A stretch of DNA of 64,000 bases from Leucoraja erinacea (lineage: Eukaryota). The stretch covers positions 15,934,001 through 15,998,000 of the forward strand of contig NC_073393.1 of NCBI RefSeq assembly GCF_028641065.1, in the 5' to 3' direction. A model generated the notes under the pieces. That model had not been told where the DNA came from. It did not search any database and saw nothing but the letters and a program-made list of their open reading frames with translations. Positions 50,553 through 61,885 of the stretch are shown here, one piece after another; position 1 is the first letter of the stretch, and each line of letters starts with the position of its first letter. A program made the position numbers and the translations under genes.

Positions 50553-51784
50553 CTGTGAAAGTAATTTATATCGGCCATTAGTCAATTACCCTCTGGTGGC
50601 ACAAAGAATACGATTTTGAAACAAAATACTGCCAGTCTCATAGAGAATGTATATACATTTCAGGATTCATACTCATCCATGAGACTGCACCAACGTGCAA
50701 ACAAATATGGAATTGCTATCCGTCATCTTTAATGATACACGGGCACGGGATTAAAAGTGCTTCACTGCAAGTTGGGGAACTGCTTCTAATGAGTTGAGAA
50801 AACAGTAGTTTATTCTAAAACTGCATTGCGCGCTACTGCTGGGGTGGATTATTCTGTGTTTTAGTGTTGTTTCGTTGAGTTAGCGATCTTCCAGTGATCT
50901 GCCAGTAGCAAATTGTTATCAGATTTTTTTTTTGCCATTCTTCACTAATTTCCTTTCCCTGATTTCACTTAGTGTTGATCTTCGGTGCTACTAATCATTC
51001 CTGGCCCACAGAACAACATTAGCTTTCTTCGTTATTGCCGATCATTTGTATGAACGTAAATGGAATCTGCTTTAGGGGGCAGACGAATAGTAGATTTAAA
51101 GTAGCAAACATTTAATATTACGTATTAAAAATGCTGATAATGCAAAGTACAATTTTAAGATTCGCTGATAGACCGTTTAACCTATATTGCCATGGGGTAG
51201 ATGCTACATTGAACCTGCCTACACAATTGTCAGGAAATCAATGGTCGCTCGGAAATAGAGTTGTTTATAGTGTCCTTGGGCTGAAATCATCCAACATGGT
51301 GTACTCTACTTATCGAGACCACACACAAGATTAGAAGTTATTCAACCAGAGCTGAACACACGTCTCGGCATCTGCATACAATGGTGGCTGCCTTGCGCAT
51401 CTTGTGCTTCTAGTGCGTGGTGGTGGGAAAGATTGGTGGAAACAGGGCCGCGACGTGCACGCTCCTTCCTTGACCCCATTGCATACTTGGTAGATTGAAA
51501 GTGTTATCACTGCACTCTGCTTAATATCCGTCGGCTTCGGCACCACTACCGAATTTCGGTGAATTCAGTAACCGATGGAGACAACAAAAATAAACGACGA
51601 TTGAAACATTGACATGGGAAGATGTAAGATTTATATCTCGAGTTTTATTTTTGTCATTGTTAATGGTCAGTTTTATTCTCAATTGTTTTATTGTTTTGCA
51701 ATCGAATAGCATTTACTGCCCTTGTTTTTTTAAACACAATTATGATTAAGACCGAGAATACCGTAAGATGTGTATAAATCTCAC

Positions 51785-51883
51785 CATTTTGTGCCTTTAA
51801 TTGGAGCCTTATCAAGATAATGGCCAAAACTAAAACTGCCAAGACACCCACTGCGCATCCGATAATTAGGTTTTTATCTGCAT
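51785..51883 (-). CDS. Receptor gene D transmembrane exon, uncharged (DADKNLIIGCAVGVLAVLVLAIILIRLQLKAQN); leader, V and C1 exons not in the assembled sequence
   Basis: Paralog of the B and C TM exons. Acceptor ccataag, donor G|gtgaga, 99 nt. An N gap starts 166 nt upstream. Confidence 0.78.
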
Positions 51884-52049
51884 CTTATGGATCAAGAGAG
51901 AAACAGGGGAAATGTGAACGACATAATATATAGAAATATATACACATTTAGGAATTTAGCGATAACATTTGTGATTTTGAAACTTTGATCTCTCATTACG
52001 AATAAACACGGGTCGTATCTAGCCATTGTCCCCCGTGTTTGAGCAGTTG

Positions 52050-52149
52050 NNNNNNNNNNNNNNNNNNNNNNNNNNNNNNNNNNNNNNNNNNNNNNNNNNN
52101 NNNNNNNNNNNNNNNNNNNNNNNNNNNNNNNNNNNNNNNNNNNNNNNNN
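52050..52149. other. Assembly gap (exactly 100 N, probably of unknown size)
   Basis: N run that separates receptor gene D from AMFR. Confidence 1.
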
Positions 52150-52619
52150 CTCGCTTGGGCACACATGGTAGTACGGGAATGCAAATTCACCATACTCCTA
52201 CTATAATAAAAAATCTATCCTGCCTAGATCCTCCAAACATAGCTCATTTGGATACTGACTCCCAGTCTGCGGGTTGTAAATATTCAGGTATACTTCGGAC
52301 TGTTCCATGAGATTTTGTGTCTGTTGCACATAGGCAATGCATACACCTATCATCTAGGCTCAACGCAGTAAAATTCTGATTTAATGCACGTGATACATGC
52401 TCTCAACAATAACTGCCAAATTTTTGAACTGGAAATAATGCAAATCAAGATACAAGATCAAAAGGGTCCCCATACTGAGTTGCTCAATCTTAACCCATAA
52501 TTCATGAACATTTCAAGTGCTCAACCATTTCCGTCTAGCACTGCATAGAATGTAACGCGCATCTTTTTCCTCATGAAACACCCGTGCCACATGCACTGCC
52601 CACAGCTGTTTAAAAGGAA

Positions 52620-52800
52620 AACAATAGAACAATAGGTGCAGAGTAGTCATTCTCGCACCCTCGCGCCAGCACTGCCATTCAATGTGATCATGGCTGATCA
52701 TCCCCGAATCAGTACCAACCCCGTTCCTGCCTTCTCCCCATATACCCTGACTCCGCTATTTTTTAAAAGAGCCCAATCTAGCTCTCTCCTTGAAACTCCA
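52620..52800 (-). mobile_element. CR1 3' end (error-rich copy)
   Basis: Matches 24757-24930 with many indels. Confidence 0.75.
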
Positions 52801-53313
52801 GAAAACCGAACACTATCCCCCGTTGGATTTTAAAACACTGATCTGAATAAACAACATGCCACCTATCCTCATGCAAATCTAATCTAATTCGCCCGTCCAG
52901 GAATATTGCCCCCTCTTTGCTCTCCTATTGTCCGCTCCATTCCACCCTTTCCTCTTCTAGATTTCACCTAGAACAAATAAAATGCATCTCTATTGTTCTT
53001 ATTGGTAACATATTTTAAAAGGTACAAGGAGAATAAACACATACAAGGAATTTAGCAATATGGCATAGAGCAGTTTCCGCAACTCACGGGATGTTTCTGT
53101 TGGTATCGGGCAAGACTAAAGTTACTCACTTTTAGTGATGGTAAATCCATGGTCTGGTATTCATAATTATCTGAACTGGGAATTAAAATGGACCATAATA
53201 CATGAGCAAATAAAACTAGCTGTCATTTGATGTTCTTTAGTAATTAAATATGGACCCTATCTTGCCACTAATTAGTGGGGTTTGTAAATTCTAATTAACT
53301 GCAAAATATTCAC

Positions 53314-53452
53314 CTTGCCTCCTGTTGCCCACCACACGCAAGTAGTTTTTGTGACGCTTCAAACGACGCTGGGACTTCATGGAAAAGATAACGAGCTGCA
53401 TGAATATCACCAGTCAGCTCGCCCCCATTGATAGTCCAATATTTCCAAACAA
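53314..53452 (-). CDS. AMFR: AMFR exon, probably exon 7; contains indels
   Basis: LFGNI..VIFMQL/RYLFHEV..RRHKNYLRVVGN.EAR read across frameshifts; ag/gt bounded. Confidence 0.82.
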
Positions 53453-53814
53453 CTACAGAAAAAAAAAAATATGAAGCTGTTACACATAAAGGCCTAAACA
53501 ATGCAACCTTCACCTTCAAACCACAAAACCTTTACATGGAAAAAAGATGAAGAAAGTGCCACAAAGCTCAACAAGACTTCCCAGCAATCTCTATACTTAG
53601 AAGACTCTGATCTTGGATTTTGTATTTGGATTTGGGTGTGGTTGAAGTCAAGAGAGTTTTATTGTCATGTGTCCCAGATAGGACAATTAAATTCTTGCTT
53701 GCTGCAGCAGAACAGAATATTGTAAGCATAAATAAGAACTTTTAGTTGCCTATATAGCATACAGCACATATTACACACTAATAAACAGATAAGTGCAATC
53801 GGCTGTTACAGTTC

Positions 53815-54530
53815 AGAGTCCACAAAAATCTGGAGAATACTCAGCGGGCACAGCACATCTATGGAGCGAAGGAAATAGGCAAATAGCCAAAACCCTTCTT
53901 CAGACTGATGAGGGTGGGTGGGGAAGAAAGGAAAAAGAGGAGGAGGAGCACGGAGTGCCGAGGGATAGATAGGAAGGAGAGGAGACAGCAAGGCTAACAA
54001 AATTGGGGAATTCAATGTTCATGCCCCCAGGATGCAGACTCCCCAACGGAATATGGTGCTGTTCCTCCAATTTTCCGGTGGTGCTCGCTCTGACCAGTAG
54101 AGGAGACCCAGGACGGAGAGGTCGGATATGGAATGGGAGGGGGGATTTGAAGTGCTGAGCCACCAGGAGGTCAGGTTGGTTAATGCTGTGACCGAGCGGA
54201 GGGTTCGGCGAAACGATCGCCAAGCCTCCGCTTGGTCTCAACCGATGTAGATCAGCTTACATCTAGAGCAGCGGATGCAATAGAGGAGGTTGAAGGAGAT
54301 GCAGGTGAACCTCTGTCGCACCTGGAAAGACTGCTTGGGTCCTTGAATGGAGTCGAGGGGGGAGGTTAAGCGACAAGTGTAGCATCTCTTGCGGTTGCAA
54401 CGGAAAGTGCCCGGGGAGGGGGTGCTAAGGGAGGGAAGGGAGGAACTGACGAGGGAGTGACGGAGGGAGCGGTCTTTGCGGAAGGCAGACATGTGTGGGA
54501 GATTGGAAGATGTGTGGCGAGGTGGGGGAT
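53815..54530 (-). mobile_element. Penelope-like retroelement 3' part (GIY-YIG endonuclease plus terminal repeat) in an AMFR intron
   Basis: AFRKDRSLRHSLV..GTFRCNRKRCYTC..FTCISFNLLYCIRCSRCKLIYIG..VAQHF..KLEEQH. Confidence 0.85.
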
Positions 54531-55958
54531 CACGTTGGAGGTGTACATTACAAACCTCTCTGTACACATGACAATAAACTTTCTTGATCTTGATCAGAAT
54601 TTCTATTCTATCAAACTGCTACGCTACAGGTCAAGAGCATACTTGGCTAGTTTGCATCACAGCCAGGTTACGTAACTTGAATGCCCAGGAACAAATGAAA
54701 CTACAGAGAAAGGTAGACATTGGCCCAACCTATCACCGGTACTGACCTCCCCCCACTGAAGGGATCTATAGGATATTCTGCTTCAAAAAGGAACCAAAGA
54801 CCCACATCATCTTAGCCACACTGCAATTTCACTCCTCCCATCAAGAATGCACAGGAGCCTTAAAAATGACCACCAGGTTCAAAAATATAGCTTCTTTCCA
54901 ACAAACCTGAGCTCTTGAACACTATAGAGAAACACTAATCCCAGCAACCATGAACTTCTATGGACTGTCTTTGTTGCACCTGGAACTTCATTATTTTTTA
55001 GCAGTTATTTATTTGGATATTTTTGCATTATATATTATGTGCGCATTGAGTTTATGGCTTAGTTAAAACTGCTGCAAGAAAGAATTTATTGTTCCTTTGT
55101 GGGTACACATGACAATTAAACAGTCTTGGCAGTCGACTCACCCATAAGCTGAAAGTTTCAATGTATCTTTTAAAAATACTAATCAGCAAGAGTTTAGTAC
55201 TTCACAATAAATTAAATAAAATCTATTCAGATCATTCACATATTCGATTACATGGAAATCCATTTCCCCTAAATTTTTCTCTAAATTTTAAAAGATATTA
55301 TGAGGAATTTCCCTTGCTGTAAACTCAATGGGAAAGCCCCTAGTGGAACAGATGTTGCTGAGATTTGAGAAGACTTCAGAAGGAAAAGTAATGTTCAAGA
55401 AGGAAGTGCAGATGCTAGAAAATCGAAGGTAGAACAAATTGCTGGAGAAACTCAGCGGGCATGGCAGCATCTATGGAGCGAAGGAAAAACAAAAATAGGC
55501 AACGTTTCTCTGGCCGAAACCCTTTCTTCAGACTCAATGAGGTTCCTTGATGCGTTATTTTCTTATTCAAATCAAATGGTCTTGTCTTCCAAATTTTCTA
55601 TCAAGACCTCTTCACGTATTGCTTGGCAAGTGTAAAATCAGCCAAATCCCCAGATAATTTGAAAAGGCAAGCAATCAAGTCGTTTAGTTTAGCTACCTGA
55701 CCAGTATTAGATTGAAGCATAAAAGAACTAAAAATAAAATTAACAAAATTCAATTCAAATATCAGTATTATGAAAGTAACTGTTACAAACACAGTAATGG
55801 CTTTTACATGGAATACATTTTGCTGCAAAAAGAACGTTAACTTTCTTCAGTAGCAGAGACTTTAAAATAGTTAGCATTCCATTGCTTAGCTGCAAATCTA
55901 TGACCAACCAGTCGACCACAAATTTTAGAGGGTCCTGCATTGTTTAACTACAACATAC

Positions 55959-56089
55959 CAGGCATGTGAATGTGATTCTTAGGTCACTGAGAGAAGTTTC
56001 AATTCCATGATAAAATCCGTGTAATAAACAGAGGTGCCTTTGCTCTCCCAAGTGCCCTCGTGATTCAGGTCCCAAAGATTAATAAGTAC
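55959..56089 (-). CDS. AMFR: AMFR exon, probably exon 6; contains indels
   Basis: LWDLNHEGTWESKGTSVYYTDFIMEL.LLS..DL..HIHM; ag/gt bounded. Confidence 0.88.
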
Positions 56090-56447
56090 CTACAAACAAA
56101 GATCGAACACAGATCTAAAAGGAATGTCTTGATTACGATCCCAAGTCTGCAAACGCATTTTCAACACACTAAGACATTTCAGCAAATAAACTGTCTTCTC
56201 TGATGCTTGTGTGCCGAGAGAATAATCTTGGTTTCTGCAGTTTCAGTTACTAAATAACTTTTACTAAACGAAAGTCAAAAACAAAAAAAAGTTTAAAGTT
56301 TAAGGATCATAAATGCAAGACAAAACAATAGCAATTAGCAGGGGAAGAATAACTTTCTAACGTTACATTCTAATGGTGACTAACAAATATTTCACATTTA
56401 ATAATACCATTGGAATTCTCTGAACAATCCAAAAATCATTTAGTTAC

Positions 56448-56493
56448 CTCAGAATAACATGTGCTGTTTCGAACGGTCACCACCAAACAAACA
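56448..56493 (-). CDS. AMFR: AMFR short exon, probably exon 5; contains indels
   Basis: CL.VVTVR.TAHVILR; acceptor tcctttccag, donor gtaac. Confidence 0.8.
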
Positions 56494-56728
56494 CTGGAAA
56501 GGAAGGAAATTAAAAAGTCTCATAAATCATTCTGTACAAGAGTTTGTAGAACGGGAAAACACCGGAACAGATTCTGTTTGCACACTGAAGACAACAATTA
56601 CAGCTACATATCAACAATCTAGGATGGTGAACACCAGAAAACCAAAGAAGTCAGAAAAATATTTATTGTTAAGTGCCTTTTCTTTACAAAAATAATTCCA
56701 ATAAAATCATACATTTCTCTCATCTTAC

Positions 56729-56880
56729 CTCAGCTGCCATAAAAGACCGAGTATGCATTCCATGCGAATATCCCACCACACACAAACCACAGCCAGACTA
56801 CAGCAGGACATAACATGGAAACCAGCAATGCCACTACCCTGACATGGCTACTCATTGGAGTAGTTGGTGAGAAAGATAAA
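56729..56880 (-). CDS. AMFR: AMFR exon, probably exon 4; contains indels
   Basis: LSFSPTTPMSSHVRVVALLVSML..SCC..GYSHGMHT..FMAAE; ag/gt bounded. Confidence 0.88.
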
Positions 56881-59800
56881 CTAGAAATGAGAAACAAGCA
56901 ATGTTATAAAGTATATAGAGAAAATCGACAATTAAAAGTATGCAAATGCACCTGGGCTTGATTAGGCTATTCTAGGAACAGCCAATTCTCCTCCTCAAAG
57001 ATCAAATTTTAAAAATGTAGTTTATAGAAAATCTCCTTTGCCTTTCTAGCTCTTCATAAAGAAAGCGAGACCAGTTTGCAAAAATCAACAAACTGCAAAA
57101 AATGTCCATTATTTAAAAATGTTTTGCCTAGATTAATATGTTGCAAGACATGGAATAGGTAATCTCTAAAAAAATGACAGGTCCAGTGAAAGTTTCACCA
57201 GGTTAGCAATTTTAAAACAGCATTTGAATAATCGCATGGCATGGCACAGTGGGCAGCAGCATAGAGCTTCTGCCTTACATCACTTAGTGCCAAGAGATTC
57301 CAGTTCGATCCGAATACGAGTGCCATCTGTATGGAGTTTGTAACGTGTTTCTCCCTAGTGACTTTTCTCCGAGATCGGTTTCTTTTTCTTTCCCCACCTC
57401 CCAAGACCATACAGGTATGTACATAAATTGGCTTGGTAAGTGTAAAATAAATTTGTGCCCCTTGTGTGTAGGAGTGTTAATATGCAGGGATCGCTAGATG
57501 TGGCTAATCCCAAACTTTAAATTAAAATCATGTAACTGCATTACACATCATCAATCCCATAACATCCAATTCCACCTACATCTGCAAATTGGCATCGGGC
57601 AAGCTTTTAATCCAATACTTTTGTAATTGCATCAACAGTTTTGTTTTAAGAGACCATTAGAGAGGAGCTAATAAAAAGAAATAGCAATTTCAGTTCAAGA
57701 CGATCTTTTGTTGTAATGGTGGCCGAGGTGGCCGAGTTTTTGAAAATTCTGAGCATTTTTGAGAGAATTCTCAAGACAATCACAGCTGTTAAGAAATATC
57801 AGAACGGTATATCTAATGAGGCTCTATAAGGCTGAACTAAAGGAAACACATCGAAAGTGAAAGGAAAACAAAAAATTACTGTGGGGACAGTACTTATCAC
57901 TTCCAAACTGTCCTGAGCAACTTGAAAAGCAAACGTACAAACTTTGACAAAAGGAGTACGATAGTAATTATGGCAGATCTAAATTATGTAAATATTAGAA
58001 GGGATCACATGCCACTGGATGAGCTACATTCAGAAAATATCTCCAGCGTGGAACATACAATATAATTCGGGGTTGGTTCGGTGAAGAGAGATGGAAGAGG
58101 CGTCGTGAGATCGAAGAAATCCAGCGTCGGTATCTCACAAAGGACGTTGACAAGTGCAACATCTTTGGATTTTTTTAATTTTCAAACAAAAAAACAAGAA
58201 AAGAGGGAAATTTGAGGTCTCCTGGGGAACAAAAAAGGTGAAGGATGTGTTTAGGGTTTATAATTAACATTTTGCATGCACCCTGAAAAAAGGCATGGTG
58301 CGTGAGTGTGAAAGAGGAAAACTGAAAATAATGCTAATGGTGTTGTAGATGGGACAATCAACATTAAAGGTTTAGCACCTTTGGAAGTAGATAAAGCCGT
58401 CAGTCCAAATGAAAAAATTGTGCCAAAATTGGTTAAAAGCAGCCATGGCAGCATATAGCAGCTACTCTTCCATTGAAAAAAAAAATTGCTGCAGAAGTAA
58501 TGGTGAACATTGAAGTACTAGTGGTGTACATCCCTTTGTTTGTCTGTGCTACCCTCCCCCCTCCTAGATTTTTTCATTTGGACCCGACAATTAATGGAAT
58601 TAGAAAACTAAATTCATTAACCAGTTATGAGAAAGATGCATTAGATGAACAATAGAATTTGAGGAGGAACAAGTTGAAAACCACAAAGGTAGTGTATTTC
58701 ATACAGTCTGTGTGGCTTTCAACAAGATTTTGAACAAGGCCATCCATGTCAGGCTGTTTTTAAAAACACAACCAGGTTGAAGAAGGTTCAGACCTGAAAC
58801 TTCTTCTATTCCTTTTCTCCAGATATGCTGCCTGACTCAGAGTTACACCAGCATTCTCTGTGTCTATCTTTGGACATTTTTAAGTCTCTATAGTAAAAGT
58901 TTTGCATATTATACACAAAATGGCCAGCTTTCTACTTTTAGGTCTGGTCAATAGGACTGAAATGACAAATAGACTCAAATCCAGAAGTAAGAGATTATCA
59001 TTGGAAGAACGGAATTCAAAATAACAATAAATTGAGCAAAGTCAAGGAACAGAGACACTTTGCAGTAAACGTTCACAGATCTTTAAAAGATAGACAAGTC
59101 AATAAGAAAAAGGAGAATTGCATGCTTTTCATTATCATACAAGGCACTGATTAAAGCGGGAATATTTTGGAACAATGTAGAGAGTAACACAGTTCTCATT
59201 GCCTCACAGGACCTTAGCTGGAACAAAGAGAGGCCATGAAGTGCAATGGAAGAAAACAAAACTCATATTCTAAATACCCAATAGATCCGGCAGCATCAAT
59301 AGAAAAGAGAAACAGTAAATTACAGTTTTTCTTCCTTCATCCTGATAAAATAGTTGTCAATTTGAATCCTTATCTTTCTCACTCCCACGCACAAATGCGA
59401 CCTAACCCATAAGTTTTTTCCATCATATATTTTCCTTTTTATTTCCAGCATTTGCAGTTGTGCTTTGATATGGTTTTATTTGATAGATTTGGATTATTGG
59501 TAGCAGGGTGAGATGCAAATGAGATGAGATTTTTTTTTTTTTAAGTCTCCCCAAAGTGGTTGAGGTCGTAGAATTCAACACCTAGAAGGGAAGTCATAGA
59601 AAAACCTTATCCTATTTTAAAGTAATTTGGAATTTAAAAATAACCTACTTCCAGGGCAACAGATCAATTATGGTAGACAGAATTAGGTTGGGATAAACAT
59701 TATTGACCAGTCACACATAGAGACAAAAGGTTTCCTTCTGCCATACATTTTCTGATTCTGTAAAATTGGTTGAGATTATTCAAAGATGCTTATTCATTGT

Positions 59801-60719
59801 AGACTTTTTATTTACGAGTTGCCTCAAACTGCAACAAATTATATTCCCATGCATTTCCTTGTGTTTCTGTTTAGATCTACTAGTGATGATATGGCATTTT
59901 CATGGCATTGTGCAATGATTTGCACAGCTGTAAAGGTGGCAAGACAGCAGCGCAGATGGAATCTACCCAAACTGTCACTGTACCCAAGCTTGACACTAAA
60001 TGAAGAAGGTCTCGACCCGAAACATCACCTATTCCTTCACTCCATAGATGCTGCCTCACCCGCTGAGTTTCTCCAGCATTTTTGTCCACCGTCGATTTTT
60101 CCAGCATCTGTAGTTCTTTCTAAAACATTTTGATACTAAATGATATAATTTCACAGGTTATTGGTGGTGTTAGAATTAATAAAAGGCAGACAACATTTTC
60201 ATGCTTTTAATTTAAACTAATTATTCTCAATTCCGTTGCAATAAATTTAGATTTGCTGTTGGCTTATTCAGAAATATGTTCTTCCAAACAAATAACAAAT
60301 GGCAAAAAAAGGTAGCAAATGCAAAAACGTATTATAAAATAATATTTGGTGGTAAATAATTCACTTTAAATTGCAAAATACAAAGAGGAAATCAGTCAGC
60401 AGGCCAGGCTACATCAATGGAGGGATTAGACAAACAACATTTCATGTCAGCTCACTTCTTCAGATGGTTGTGCTCGTCAACCATATTCTAATGAACCTGA
60501 AGAAACATCTCGTCCAAATCTTTGTCTGTCATTTCATTCCATTGACGCTGCCTCATCTGCTGAGTTCCTTCAGCGTTTTTGATTTTTGCTCTAGATTCCA
60601 GCATTAGCAGTCTCCATTTAAATTGCTTTGGACTTGTAAACAAAGCCGAGCAATCGCCAGAACACACCTTTGTTACATTGTGCAAGTTTGTATTTTTCCA
60701 ATTTAAGTTCATGACTTAC

Positions 60720-60890
60720 AGATTCAAAGCGGTCTTTGCAGAGCTGGACTAATGAGGTGAAGGAAGACAAGAACAGCAAACCAAAGGCACACATCACCCA
60801 CCTCCTCCTCCACTGTTTGAACATTCAGCACACCAAATATGAAGATAAATTTTGTAGAAAATGAAATTTCCAAAATTTATCCTTCAGAGG
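60720..60890 (-). CDS. AMFR: AMFR exon, probably exon 3; contains indels
   Basis: LKDKFW..FIFYK.FIFIFGVLNVQTVEE..VQLCKDRFE read across frameshifts; ag/gt bounded. Confidence 0.88.
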
Positions 60891-61792
60891 CTGTAAAGGT
60901 AACACAGAGTCAGTAAAGTTAATCATAATGCTGTGATTGGATCAAATTAACCACCACAATAAGTGTTTAAAATTCCATTAGCTCCTGATTGCATTGCATA
61001 ATGTCCAACAAGTTTGCAGGGTGAATGTCATGCGGGGTCCCGTCATCTTGATGGTGGTGGGTGCAATAGATCCTATTTAAAGTGAAAAAAGCCAGCTGTG
61101 CAATTGGTCCCTTCACTCTTAGGAGTCCAGTTGTTATCCTTTCATAATCATTTTATAAAATAAATTTATCCAGAATATAGAACTGCCCCATGTTATTGCA
61201 ATGGATCTGGGGTGAAATTCAATTCGTATGAATTAAAAGATAAAACTTCCTTTCTTTATCTGCACCAAAAGCACAAATCTTGGCATGAACACGAGACAAG
61301 TAGAAACTAGCAACTTATCCAAGTTGGCTATTATCTTGACATCTCTTCAAATTAAAATCATTTGGTGTCCAACATCTGAAAATTTTTTAAGTATACTACT
61401 ACTTATACTTTTACAGTTACTGGCAATTAACGAACTGTGGACATTAAAACACGCAAAAGGAGCCGAACATCGATATTTTGTATTCAAAACTATAAAATAA
61501 TTGCTATGAACTCCTCTTCAAAGTATTACTTTCACAATGTCTTGGGAATCATTCAGCTAGCTTACCACCTTGAATTGAGAAGAAACAGTTTATGAATTGA
61601 TATGGCAATGAGAGAGATGTCATTTTTAAATTGTCATCAGTTAAAGGAATAGGGTTGGGGTTGAGGGAAGGTGAGATGCCAAAATAACAGGTTTTTTAAA
61701 TCCTACAGTTGTTATACAAGGGCAGGAGTATGGCTTCTTGAATTCCCATAAACATGTGTTATCAACTCAAGAGAAAGGGCTTTTCCTCTTAC

Positions 61793-61885
61793 CTGTCTTT
61801 CACTGACCCGCAGAGTTCCAAACACGACATACTGGATCAGCTTTCCAATCAACATTAGAAAACAACAGGCTGTGTTCACCAACAC
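61793..61885 (-). CDS. AMFR: AMFR (gp78/RNF45 E3 ubiquitin ligase) internal exon, probably exon 2
   Basis: VLVNTACCFLMLIGKLIQYVVFGTLRVSERQ closely matches vertebrate AMFR. ag/gt bounded, 93 nt. Confidence 0.93.
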
